NCBI GenBank assembly: GCA_049671385.1 | Contig: JBATUU010000270.1 | Location: 1-37,052, forward strand | Reading direction: 5' to 3' | DNA length: 37,052 bases | From: Ornithinimicrobium sp. | GTDB lineage: Bacteria; Actinomycetota; Actinomycetes; Actinomycetales; Dermatophilaceae | Part shown: positions 29,128 through 37,052 of the stretch, piece after piece | Position numbering within the stretch: position 1 is the stretch's first letter | Layout: the number at the start of each line of letters is the position of its first letter | Notes under the pieces: generated by a model | Database searches by the model: none | Told to the model about the DNA's origin: nothing | What the model saw: the letters and a program-made list of their open reading frames with translations, nothing else | Translations under genes and position numbers: made by a program

Positions 29128-30330
29128 CTATTTGTCGACATCACCCACGACGAAGAAGGTCGAGCCCAGGATTGCCACCATGTCGGCGACTACCGTTCCG
29201 GGCAGTATTTGCGAGAGCACCTGGACGTTATTGAACGAGGCCGATCGCAGTTTCAGCCGCCAAGGCACCTTTTCACCGCGGCTGACCAGGTAATACCCGT
29301 TGAACCCCAGTGGATTCTCCGAGGCGAAGTAATGCTCGCCAGCCGGCACCTTGAGCACCTTGGGTAGCCGCTGGTTGATCGGTCCATCCGGTAGATCGCG
29401 GATCACCTCCACGCACCGGCTCGCCAGATCCAGACTGACGTGGACCTGCTCCAGCAACACCTCGAGGCGGGCTTTGGCATCGCCGGCGGTCCGAGTCACT
29501 ACCCGCCCCGGGCCATCAGATCCAAACAGTTCGCCATAGGCCAGGTATGGGTCATCCCGGCGCAAGTCCAGATCAAGCCCCGAGGCTCTGGCAATGGGGC
29601 CGCTGACGCCATAGGCCAACGCGAGGTCTCGGCTAAGGACGCCCACCCCGCGAGTGCGAGCGTTCAAGATCTCGTTGCCAACGAGCAGCGACTCCAGATC
29701 CGGCAGCCGGGAGCGCACAGCGGCAACAGCGACCTCCACATGATCCAGCCACTGCGGCGGCAGGTCGTGCCGCAACCCGCCGACCTGGGCGATCATGTAG
29801 TGCATCCGACCGCCGGAGATCTCCTCCATGACCGCCTGCAACTCTTCGCGTTCGCGAAAGGCATAGAAGACCGGAGTGATGGCGCCCAGCTCCAGTGGGA
29901 ACGATCCGAGAAACATCAGATGGTTCAGCACCCGGTTGAGCTCAGCGAGGAGAGTACGCGCCCAGGTGGCTCGCTCGGGTACCTCCATCTCGAGCAGAGC
30001 CTCGACCGTCAGCGCCACCCCGATCTCGTTGCTGAACGCAGAGAGCCAATCGTGACGATTGGCAAGCATCATGATCTGGCGATAGTCGCGCACTTCGAAG
30101 AGTTTTTCGGCGCCGCGGTGCATGTACCCGATGATCGGCTCGGCCGCCACGATGCGCTCGCCGTCGGCGGTGATCCGCAACCGGAGCACGCCATGCGTTG
30201 CTGGGTGCTGCGGACCGATATTGAGCACCATCTCGGTGGTATGCAGGCCTGCTGCACCGCTACCCACCGCCGCAGTGACACTCGGGTGCAGTGCGCCGCT
30301 GCCTACAGCACCCGGCGTTCGTTGAGCCAT
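29128..30330 (-). CDS. nuoD: Stand-alone NADH-quinone oxidoreductase subunit D homologue (nuoD2-like)
   Basis: [54 protein letters not shown]; no CxxC pairs, so not a NiFe hydrogenase. Confidence 0.93.
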   Translation of the reverse strand: MAQRTPGAVGSGALHPSVTAAVGSGAAGLHTTEMVLNIGPQHPATHGVLRLRITADGERIVAAEPIIGYMHRGAEKLFEVRDYRQIMMLANRHDWLSAFSNEIGVALTVEALLEMEVPERATWARTLLAELNRVLNHLMFLGSFPLELGAITPVFYAFREREELQAVMEEISGGRMHYMIAQVGGLRHDLPPQWLDHVEVAVAAVRSRLPDLESLLVGNEILNARTRGVGVLSRDLALAYGVSGPIARASGLDLDLRRDDPYLAYGELFGSDGPGRVVTRTAGDAKARLEVLLEQVHVSLDLASRCVEVIRDLPDGPINQRLPKVLKVPAGEHYFASENPLGFNGYYLVSRGEKVPWRLKLRSASFNNVQVLSQILPGTVVADMVAILGSTFFVVGDVDK

Positions 30331-30334
30331 CTGC

Positions 30335-31312
30335 TCAACCTACTCCGGAGCGATCCACACAGACCCACCAGAACCCCCCAAAGGACTGGGGTGACGTGAG
30401 CGCCGCCAGCGCGCCAGACTCAGCCAGCGCCGCGAGGTAGCCCTGCGGGTCGGTCCGCGACATCGAGGTTGTCGGCGGCATTGCTGGCCCCAGCAACCCG
30501 TGCAGAGCGTCACGTTGTTCTTCGGCCCACGCTTCATCGGGGGCGACCGCAGCCAGCAGCGAGTCGATTGCCACATCAGCCGTGAGATCCATCGATCCAT
30601 CGGGCACCGGATCCACTCGGCGTCCGCGTTGATAACCGCGTAGCGAGCCATCGACGGGGCGAGCATGCCGGTGGTGTCCGTAGTCGATCACCACGATCAG
30701 CCCGTGGGTGACCCGGTCCAGCAACTGGCGCAAGGCCTCATCACGCGAGCGGCCGACCTCGGCCACGGCAACGTCCGGGCCGACCCATTGCTGCAACCAC
30801 TCCTCGTCGTCAGGCCCCAGCGACGGCCCAAGTCGCCCCGTCCCCGTCTGAGGGTCCACCCACATCTCGTGCCAGTCGCCACCCGGTCCCCGAGCAGCAA
30901 CCACCGCCGGCACAACATCGAGCCATTCATGCGCTAGCACCAAAGCGTCTCGAACGTCGTCCAGCTCGTCCGGCAACACCGCTCCTCCAGGCGCCTGCCA
31001 CCACTGCGTGATGCCGCCAACATGTGGGGGCCGCCCGGTGACATCGACCCCTATGTATCGAAGGGAACTGCCGATCTGGTCAAGCGCTTCCGCCAAGGCG
31101 GCGCGGTGGGCGCCGATGTCTATGACTGTGTCGAGGCCGTGGCGGTCCGCAAGAGCGATCACAGCGCGAGCTATGACGCGCGATGCGTGCGGTACCCCAT
31201 GGACCGAGGTGCTGAAGCCGAGGTCGCAGGAGTTTTCTCGGCGGTAGTAGCCGTAGTCGGAGTACAGCGCCTGCTGCCAGGCCTCACGCCATGGCAGAGC
31301 GGGTATGGCCAT
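30335..31312 (-). CDS. SAM-dependent methyltransferase, MidA/NDUFAF7 (DUF185) family
   Basis: ALY...[29 protein letters not shown] motifs. Confidence 0.85.
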   Translation of the reverse strand: MAIPALPWREAWQQALYSDYGYYRRENSCDLGFSTSVHGVPHASRVIARAVIALADRHGLDTVIDIGAHRAALAEALDQIGSSLRYIGVDVTGRPPHVGGITQWWQAPGGAVLPDELDDVRDALVLAHEWLDVVPAVVAARGPGGDWHEMWVDPQTGTGRLGPSLGPDDEEWLQQWVGPDVAVAEVGRSRDEALRQLLDRVTHGLIVVIDYGHHRHARPVDGSLRGYQRGRRVDPVPDGSMDLTADVAIDSLLAAVAPDEAWAEEQRDALHGLLGPAMPPTTSMSRTDPQGYLAALAESGALAALTSPQSFGGFWWVCVDRSGVG

Positions 31313-31386
31313 GTTGTGATCCTGGCAGACTCATCGGCTATCGATGGTGACCACGCCTTGGCCAACGCCCACCTAGACTCGCCTGT

Positions 31387-32478
31387 GTGGATCTGCTCGC
31401 GGTGCTCCAAGTGCTGGCCGGGCTGGCTCTGTTGGTCGTCGGTGGCGAGGTCCTGGTCCGAGGGGCATCGGCGCTTGCCGTCCGGGCTGGCATCTCGCCG
31501 TTGGTTGTGGGCCTCACGGTGGTCTCTGTGGCAACCTCGGCGCCGGAACTGGCCGTGACGACGGGGGCGGTGTTTTCGGGCGAGAGCGAACTGGCGCTGG
31601 GCAACGTAGTCGGAAGCAATATCGCCAACATTCTGTTGATCCTGGGAGTCTCGGCACTGGTGTTGCCGATCGGCATCCGGCGCCAATTGGTGCGTGTCGA
31701 TGTGCCGTTCCTGATCGGCTTCAGCCTGCTCCTCCTTGTTTTGGTGCTCGATGGGGACATCAGCGCCTGGGACGGGTTGATCCTGCTGGGTGCCTGGCTA
31801 GGACACACCGGGATGAGTGTCTGGCTGTCCAAGCGTGGGGACCCGCCACCGGTCGATGAGGCTGAGGTCAACACCGACAGTTCCTTGCCCATGTCCTTGC
31901 TGTTGGTCATCGGTGGCGTGGGTTTGCTCGTGGGCGGCGCTCAATTACTGGTGGCCGGTGCCGTCTCCATTGCGATTGGCCTCGGCATCAGCTCCCTTGT
32001 GGTGGGTTTGACGGTGGTGGCGATCGGAACATCGATGCCGGAGTTGGTGGCCTCGGTCATCGCCGTGAAGCGCAACGCTGGCGACCTTGCGGTCGGCAAT
32101 GCCGTCGGTAGTTGTCTGGCCAACATCGGGCTGGTGTTGGGGGTGCCGGCACTGTTGAAGCCCGGTGGCCTCCCGGTGCCCAGCGCCGTGGTCTCAGTGG
32201 ACCTGCCGCTGATGATCGCTGCGGCGGTCGCCTTGTTGCCTGTGGTCTACACCGGGGGACGGATCGCCCGACGCGAAGGGGGGCTGTTCTTGGCCCTCTA
32301 TGTCTCCTACACGTGCTACGTGGTGTTGGATGCCTCGGGTCACGACTCGCAGGAAGGTTTCAGCGGCGTCATGGTGGCGCTGGTGTTGCCGCTCGTCGGC
32401 CTGACGTTGCTGGTCTTGTCGGGGCGAGAACGTCAGAAGCGGCGACGAGCCAAACGCGCGCCAACTCTTAACGAGTGA
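31387..32478 (+). CDS. Calcium/sodium antiporter (YrbG/CaCA)
   Basis: Two alpha repeats: ATSAPE..GNVVGSNIAN and GTSMPE..GNAVGS. Confidence 0.95.
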   Translation: MDLLAVLQVLAGLALLVVGGEVLVRGASALAVRAGISPLVVGLTVVSVATSAPELAVTTGAVFSGESELALGNVVGSNIANILLILGVSALVLPIGIRRQLVRVDVPFLIGFSLLLLVLVLDGDISAWDGLILLGAWLGHTGMSVWLSKRGDPPPVDEAEVNTDSSLPMSLLLVIGGVGLLVGGAQLLVAGAVSIAIGLGISSLVVGLTVVAIGTSMPELVASVIAVKRNAGDLAVGNAVGSCLANIGLVLGVPALLKPGGLPVPSAVVSVDLPLMIAAAVALLPVVYTGGRIARREGGLFLALYVSYTCYVVLDASGHDSQEGFSGVMVALVLPLVGLTLLVLSGRERQKRRRAKRAPTLNE

Positions 32479-32562
32479 GTTGTCGATGTGGCAACAGTCC
32501 ACCGGCGATAGGGTGTCGGAATTCTGCTAGAAACCCACACGATGAACGTGCAGAATGATCGC

Positions 32563-34170
32563 GTGATGTTGACCACCGAAGCGCGGCTCGCGGCGGTTCG
32601 CAGCAGAGATCCGCGCTTTGATGGGTACTTCTACTTCGCAGTGCGCTCGACAGGTATCTATTGCCGCCCGAGTTGCCCCTCGCGCAGCGCGAAACCCGCG
32701 AATCTACGCTTCTATCCCAGCGCCGCCGCCGCGCAAGTCGCTGGGTATCGAGCATGCAAGCGCTGCCGACCGGACGCGATTCCGGGGTCGCCCAGGTGGC
32801 AGGAGCCCGCCGACACCGTCTCCAGGTTGATGCGATTGATCGCCGACGGGGTGGTCGATCGTGAGGGAGTCGAGGGATTGTCCAGGCACATCGGCTATAG
32901 CGCACGTCAGGTCGAGCGCCTGTTGGTCAGTGAGCTCGGGGCGGGGCCGGTGGCGTTGGCCCGTGCCCAGCGTGCCCAAGCCGCCCGAGTCCTGATCGAG
33001 ACCACACAGTTGTCGATGGCTGACGTGGCTTTCGCTGCCGGTTTCGCCAGCATCCGTTCGTTCAACGACACGGTTCGAGCCGTCTTCGACGCGACCCCAT
33101 CGCAGTTGCGGCACCACGGGGCCGGTGCCGCTGAAGCAGCCGCAACCGGTCGAACCTCGGGGGGCGAGCCGGCGATCGGACACCGCATTGTGCTCCGGTT
33201 GCCCTACCGCGCTCCCCTTCACACCGGCAGCCTGTTCGGCCATCTGGCCGCCACGGCGGTGCCCGGGGTGGAGGCGTGGATCGACGGGGGATTGGCGCGC
33301 TCGATTGAACTGCACGGGGGACCGGCGCTGGTGCATCTGCGACCAGCCGACGGATATGTCGCTGCCACTGTCACACTGACCGACTTGCGCGACCTGACAT
33401 CTGTGCTGCAACGATGTCGTCGGATGCTCGATCTCGACGCCGACCCGCATGCCTCGGATGAACACCTCGCGCGCGACCCCGCACTCGCCCCCCTAGTGCG
33501 CGAAAGACCCGGGGTGCGCTTGCCCGGAGCGATGGACCCCGCGGAGATGGCACTGCGGATCGTGCTGAGTCAACATATCTCGACCAAGGCCGCAGCGACC
33601 CTGACCGCACGACTAGTGGCCACCCTGGGCACTGCGCTTACCGGCCAACAGCGCCAGATAGCCGGTATCGATCACCTGTTTCCCGCCCCCGAGATCATCG
33701 CGAATGCGGACCCAGACCAGTTGCCCGGAATGCCGCCCACCAGGGCGCTGACGCTGCAGACCCTGAGCGCAGCGCTGGCCAACGGAGCGCTCGATGTGCG
33801 ACCGGGGGCCGACTGGTCGCACGTTCAGCAGCAACTTCTCGCCATTCGCGGCGTTGGGGAATGGACCGCGCACATGGTCGGCCTGCGAGCCGTCGGCGAC
33901 CCAGACGCGTTCCCGGCAACCGACCTGGGAGTGCGACGCACTGCTGCGGCCCACGGCCTTCCGGCCGACCGAAAAGCCTTGATCGAGGCTGCAAAGGCCT
34001 GGCAGCCCTGGCGCGGATATGCCACCCAAGCACTCTGGGCTGCCAGCGGTCATGCTGCCGCGGCCCTTCCCGTCGCCAATAGTCCGTGGCTTCCGGTTGA
34101 GCCAACCGCCCCCGCAACCACCCCACGAGCAGAACCGTCGCACATCCGATCCAGCGAGGAGAAACACTGA
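32563..34170 (+). CDS. alkA: AdaA-AlkA fusion (Ada Zn/AraC regulator plus 3-methyladenine glycosylase II)
   Basis: TGIYCRPSC, RACKRC, AraC HTH (GFASIRSFN), HhH RGVGEWTA, FPATDLG, WQPWRGYA. Start GTG 32563 follows a CAGAAT -10; alternatives are 32542 and 32566. Confidence 0.94.
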   Translation: MMLTTEARLAAVRSRDPRFDGYFYFAVRSTGIYCRPSCPSRSAKPANLRFYPSAAAAQVAGYRACKRCRPDAIPGSPRWQEPADTVSRLMRLIADGVVDREGVEGLSRHIGYSARQVERLLVSELGAGPVALARAQRAQAARVLIETTQLSMADVAFAAGFASIRSFNDTVRAVFDATPSQLRHHGAGAAEAAATGRTSGGEPAIGHRIVLRLPYRAPLHTGSLFGHLAATAVPGVEAWIDGGLARSIELHGGPALVHLRPADGYVAATVTLTDLRDLTSVLQRCRRMLDLDADPHASDEHLARDPALAPLVRERPGVRLPGAMDPAEMALRIVLSQHISTKAAATLTARLVATLGTALTGQQRQIAGIDHLFPAPEIIANADPDQLPGMPPTRALTLQTLSAALANGALDVRPGADWSHVQQQLLAIRGVGEWTAHMVGLRAVGDPDAFPATDLGVRRTAAAHGLPADRKALIEAAKAWQPWRGYATQALWAASGHAAAALPVANSPWLPVEPTAPATTPRAEPSHIRSSEEKH

Positions 34171-34685
34171 TGAAAACTGGTTGCTACCTGATGGACACTC
34201 CCTTGGGGATCGTCACGATCGCCGGGGGAGAGGACGGCGTCAGTGGTGTGTACTTCGCTGAGCACCGGCACGCCCCGCCGACCCAGACCCTGGGCGAGGT
34301 GCTGCCTGCCGAAGACCTCGCGCAATGGCCAGCGCTGTCGGAGGCGGCAACCCAACTGAGCGAATACTTCGCTGGCGATCGCACCACCTTTGACGTGCCC
34401 TTGGCGGTCACAGGGACACACTTTCAGCAGCGAGTATGGGCCGCGCTGACGCAGATCCCGTTTGGTCAGACGCGGAGTTACGGACAGATTGCTACCCAGA
34501 TCGGCGCCACCGGGGCAGCTCGGGCGGTCGGGTTGGCCAATGGGCGCAATCCGGTCTCCATCATCGTGCCGTGTCACCGGGTCATCGGCAGTGACGGCTC
34601 ACTGACGGGCTATGGCGGAGGAAGCGAGCGTAAGCACGCGTTGCTCGAACTCGAACGTGAGCGCAGCGGTGGGTCGTTGTTCTGA
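34170..34685 (+). CDS. ogt: Methylated-DNA--protein-cysteine methyltransferase
   Basis: GT.FQ..VW, ARAVG, IVPCHRVIG; TGATG overlap with alkA. Confidence 0.97.
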   Translation: MKTGCYLMDTPLGIVTIAGGEDGVSGVYFAEHRHAPPTQTLGEVLPAEDLAQWPALSEAATQLSEYFAGDRTTFDVPLAVTGTHFQQRVWAALTQIPFGQTRSYGQIATQIGATGAARAVGLANGRNPVSIIVPCHRVIGSDGSLTGYGGGSERKHALLELERERSGGSLF

Positions 34686-34709
34686 TCTTTGCTTCGGTAT
34701 CCTCGTGCG

Positions 34710-36206
34710 GTGAGCGACCCTGCGAGTGCTGCGACAACCGACCTACCGGAGCAAATCGGAATCCGCAGTGCCAAGCGAGATGTTCTGGAACAGCGCGGTG
34801 TCCCGGCATACCCGGTGACCGTGCCGGTCACGGAGTCACTCGAGAACGTTCGTGCCCGGTGGTCACATTTGGAGGCCGGACAGGAAAGTGGAGCGTATGT
34901 CGGAGTCGCCGGACGAGTGATGTTTGTCCGCAACACCGGCAAGTTGTGCTTTGCCTCGCTGCAGTCCGGATCCGGCACGCGGTTGCAGGTGATGATCAGC
35001 GTGGCAGTGGCCGGGGCAGAGGCGCTGGCCGATTGGAAAGCGCTCGTCGACCTTGGCGATCACGTCTTTGTGCACGGAGAAGTGATCAGCAGCAGGCGCG
35101 GTGAACTATCGGTCATGGCCAGCCGGTGGCAGATGGCGAGCAAAGCGCTGCGTCCACTACCGGTGCTGCACAAGGACTTGTCCGAAGAGCAGCGAGTGCG
35201 TCGGCGCTACGTCGACCTTATTGTCCGGCCCGCTGCTCGCGAGATGGTCTATCACCGGTCCGCCGTGATGAAAGCCATCCGCGCGACGCTGGATGAGGCC
35301 AATTTCATCGAGGTCGAGACTCCGACTTTGCAATCGATCCACGGTGGAGCGAACGCCCGACCTTTCCATACCCATCTCAATGCTCTGGATCTGCCGATGA
35401 CGATGCGGATCGCCTTGGAGTTGTATCTCAAGCGCGCGGTTGTCGGCGGGATCGATCGCGTGTACGAGATCGGCCGAATCTTTCGCAATGAAGGCATCGA
35501 CTCCAGCCATAGTCCAGAGTTCACGATGCTGGAGGCCTATGCCTCATACACGGACCACGTTGGAATGGCTGACCTGACGCAACGACTCATCGTGGCAGCC
35601 GCCGACGCAATCGGGTCGCGTGAATTGGTCACCGAGGCGGGCACCGTCAACCTGGACGGACCGTGGCGTTGGCTGAGCTTCTATGAGGGACTCTCTGCGG
35701 CACTAGGGCAGACCATCACGGTTGACACCACGGAAAGCGATCTGCGGGAACTCGCCCTTTATCACGATGTTTCACTAGGCGACGGTATTACCGGGCCGCG
35801 AATCGCAATGGAACTTTTCGAAGCGATTGTTGAACCGACACTTCTGCAACCCACATTTGTGAATGACTATCCAGCAGAAGCACAGCCGCTGGCCCGAGAC
35901 CACCGTAGTTCTCCCGGGCTGATCGAGGCCTGGGACCTGATCATTGCGGGGACTGAACGAGCGACGGCATTTAGTGAGTTGATCGACCCCACGATTCAGC
36001 GCCGCAGGCTGGTGGAGCAGGCTGCCCGAGCCGCGGGCGGTGACTCTGAGGCGATGTCGGTGGACGAGGACTTCTTGGAGGCGTTGGAGTATGGGGCGCC
36101 TCCCATGGGCGGGCTGGGGTTGGGTATTGACCGACTGATGATGCTGCTTACCGGGGTAGGAATCCGCGAAACCATCCTGTTCCCCTTCGTGAAACCGCAG
36201 GTGTGA
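34710..36206 (+). CDS. lysS: Lysine--tRNA ligase (class II)
   Basis: OB fold, EVETP, HGGANARPF, FRNEGID..HSPEFTMLE, GLGIDRL, ILFP; TATCCT -10 lies 6 nt before GTG. Confidence 0.98.
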   Translation: MSDPASAATTDLPEQIGIRSAKRDVLEQRGVPAYPVTVPVTESLENVRARWSHLEAGQESGAYVGVAGRVMFVRNTGKLCFASLQSGSGTRLQVMISVAVAGAEALADWKALVDLGDHVFVHGEVISSRRGELSVMASRWQMASKALRPLPVLHKDLSEEQRVRRRYVDLIVRPAAREMVYHRSAVMKAIRATLDEANFIEVETPTLQSIHGGANARPFHTHLNALDLPMTMRIALELYLKRAVVGGIDRVYEIGRIFRNEGIDSSHSPEFTMLEAYASYTDHVGMADLTQRLIVAAADAIGSRELVTEAGTVNLDGPWRWLSFYEGLSAALGQTITVDTTESDLRELALYHDVSLGDGITGPRIAMELFEAIVEPTLLQPTFVNDYPAEAQPLARDHRSSPGLIEAWDLIIAGTERATAFSELIDPTIQRRRLVEQAARAAGGDSEAMSVDEDFLEALEYGAPPMGGLGLGIDRLMMLLTGVGIRETILFPFVKPQV

Positions 36207-36207
36207 G

Positions 36208-36417
36208 GTGGATTCCCTCCAGAGCGCGTGGGGCATATTGGCCGCGCTGCTGCCGAGCATCGGACTGCTCTACTTGTTTTGGGTCGTGATGAAGCACATA
36301 GTCGAAGGAGACCGTCGCGAACGGGCCGCGCAGCGGTTGGCTGAGGCCGAGGAAGACCGTCTCGCGGCCGGGCAGTCTGTTGCTGTTGAAGAAGAAACGC
36401 AAGAAACTTCTGAATAA
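36208..36417 (+). CDS. Small single-pass membrane protein, hypothetical
   Basis: Hydrophobic ALLPSIGLLYLFWVVM followed by charged DRRERAAQR; starts 1 nt after the lysS stop. Confidence 0.7.
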   Translation: MDSLQSAWGILAALLPSIGLLYLFWVVMKHIVEGDRRERAAQRLAEAEEDRLAAGQSVAVEEETQETSE

Positions 36418-36430
36418 GTGAGCCAATTTG

Positions 36431-36460
36431 TTGCCATATTTCTTCGTCCGGGGATAACAT
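36431..36460 (+). promoter_or_regulatory. Sigma-A-like promoter for lsr2
   Basis: TTGCCA-N18-TAACAT in an AT-rich intergenic region. Confidence 0.65.
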
Positions 36461-36523
36461 TATCGAGGTGACTCGGTCCGTGTCTGAGTCACATCTCCCC
36501 GATGAAGTTAGAGGTTCAATTCC

Positions 36524-36859
36524 ATGGCACAGCGTGTACAAGTGATTCTCGAGGATGACCTCGACGGTAGCGAAGCGTCGGAAACAGTGGAGTTTGCACT
36601 GGACGGTGTCAGCTATGAGATCGATCTGAGTGATGGCAATGCAGCAGCGCTGCGCAATGACTTCGCCCGTTGGGTCGGTCAAGCGCGTCGCTCTGGTGGC
36701 CGCCGACAGACCCGTCGCCGTAGTGGTGGCGGGAGTAGTGGGGCATCTCGCGAAGAACTCGCGAGGATCCGGGATTGGGGTCGCGCCAACGGTTACTCCG
36801 TGAGTGACCGCGGTCGTGTTTCCCAAGATGTTCAGGATGCCTACGCTGCGGCCCACTGA
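36524..36859 (+). CDS. lsr2: Nucleoid-associated protein Lsr2
   Basis: MAQRVQVILEDDLDG, YEIDLS, IRDW, VSDRGRV (RGR AT-hook-like motif). Confidence 0.97.
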   Translation: MAQRVQVILEDDLDGSEASETVEFALDGVSYEIDLSDGNAAALRNDFARWVGQARRSGGRRQTRRRSGGGSSGASREELARIRDWGRANGYSVSDRGRVSQDVQDAYAAAH

Positions 36860-36881
36860 TCGGCTGCTCTGAGCCGTTGTC

Positions 36882-36929
36882 ATCCAGCCTTCGGGCGATC
36901 GATGTATTTCGATCACCCGAAGGCTGGAT
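36882..36929. terminator. 21-bp stem hairpin, probable bidirectional terminator between convergent genes
   Basis: ATCCAGCCTTCGGGCGATCGA-tgtatt-TCGATCACCCGAAGGCTGGAT (one mismatch). Confidence 0.85.
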
Positions 36930-36943
36930 TGCGTTCAGGCACC

Positions 36944-37052
36944 TCATTGTTCCCCGAGATATTTACTGACTTCGTCGATGGACACTTGATGGAGCATCGG
37001 ATCTTCGTCGGCGCCGGCCTCGATGGCTTTCCAACTACGAGGTGTCGCTACC
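36944..37052 (-). CDS. C-terminal end of a probable LigD-type primase-polymerase (NHEJ) protein, truncated by window
   Basis: Hand translation VATPRSWKAIEAGADEDPMLHQVSIDEVSKYLGEQ* resembles the (T)VA.PRTW.E...DP.L.Q...DEV end of LigD polymerase domains; only 35 aa visible. Confidence 0.55.
   Translation of the reverse strand, partial: VATPRSWKAIEAGADEDPMLHQVSIDEVSKYLGEQ

Noticed and set aside
29128..30330. Possible NiFe hydrogenase large subunit
   Set aside because: Lacks both CxxC metal-binding motifs and has the NuoD GPQHP..HG loop
35680..35960. Locally more AT-rich stretch in lysS suggesting recombination
   Set aside because: Impression by eye only; the frame and motifs are intact and I cannot quantify it
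35996..36916. 306-aa minus-strand ORF across lysS end and lsr2
   Set aside because: Antisense to three plausible plus-strand genes and crosses the terminator hairpin

Overview
High-GC actinobacterial chromosomal window. Gene order suggests Micrococcales, but that is an inference. It is mostly the conserved core backbone: topA ... tmk-holB-peptidase-tRNA-Thr(CGT) ... ppa / dacB-DUF2342-tilS-hpt-ftsH-folE-folP-folBK-DUF3180 ... lysS-lsr2. Accessory blocks sit between these: a heterodimeric ABC exporter plus AIM24; a five-gene insert between topA and tmk (PLP gamma-lyase, acyl-CoA dehydrogenase, Lrp, tandem SnoaL, TipA-like MerR); a DUF3352-cobT-cobS-HD hydrolase operon next to the tRNA; a MidA/NDUFAF7-like methyltransferase paired with an orphan nuoD; a Ca/Na antiporter; ada-alkA/ogt; and the 3' end of a probable LigD-type polymerase. 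I saw no CRISPR array, transposase, integrase or prophage. The best leads are (1) the methyltransferase plus orphan NuoD pair, where NuoD keeps the Arg methylated in mitochondrial complex I but has Trp at the quinone-binding Tyr, (2) a Mesh1-like HD hydrolase coupled to cobS where cobC would be expected, (3) phased Lrp-like operators suggesting a split lrp/gamma-lyase divergon, and (4) an internal TipAS-type start in the MerR gene. All calls come from motif recognition by eye; no searches were run.
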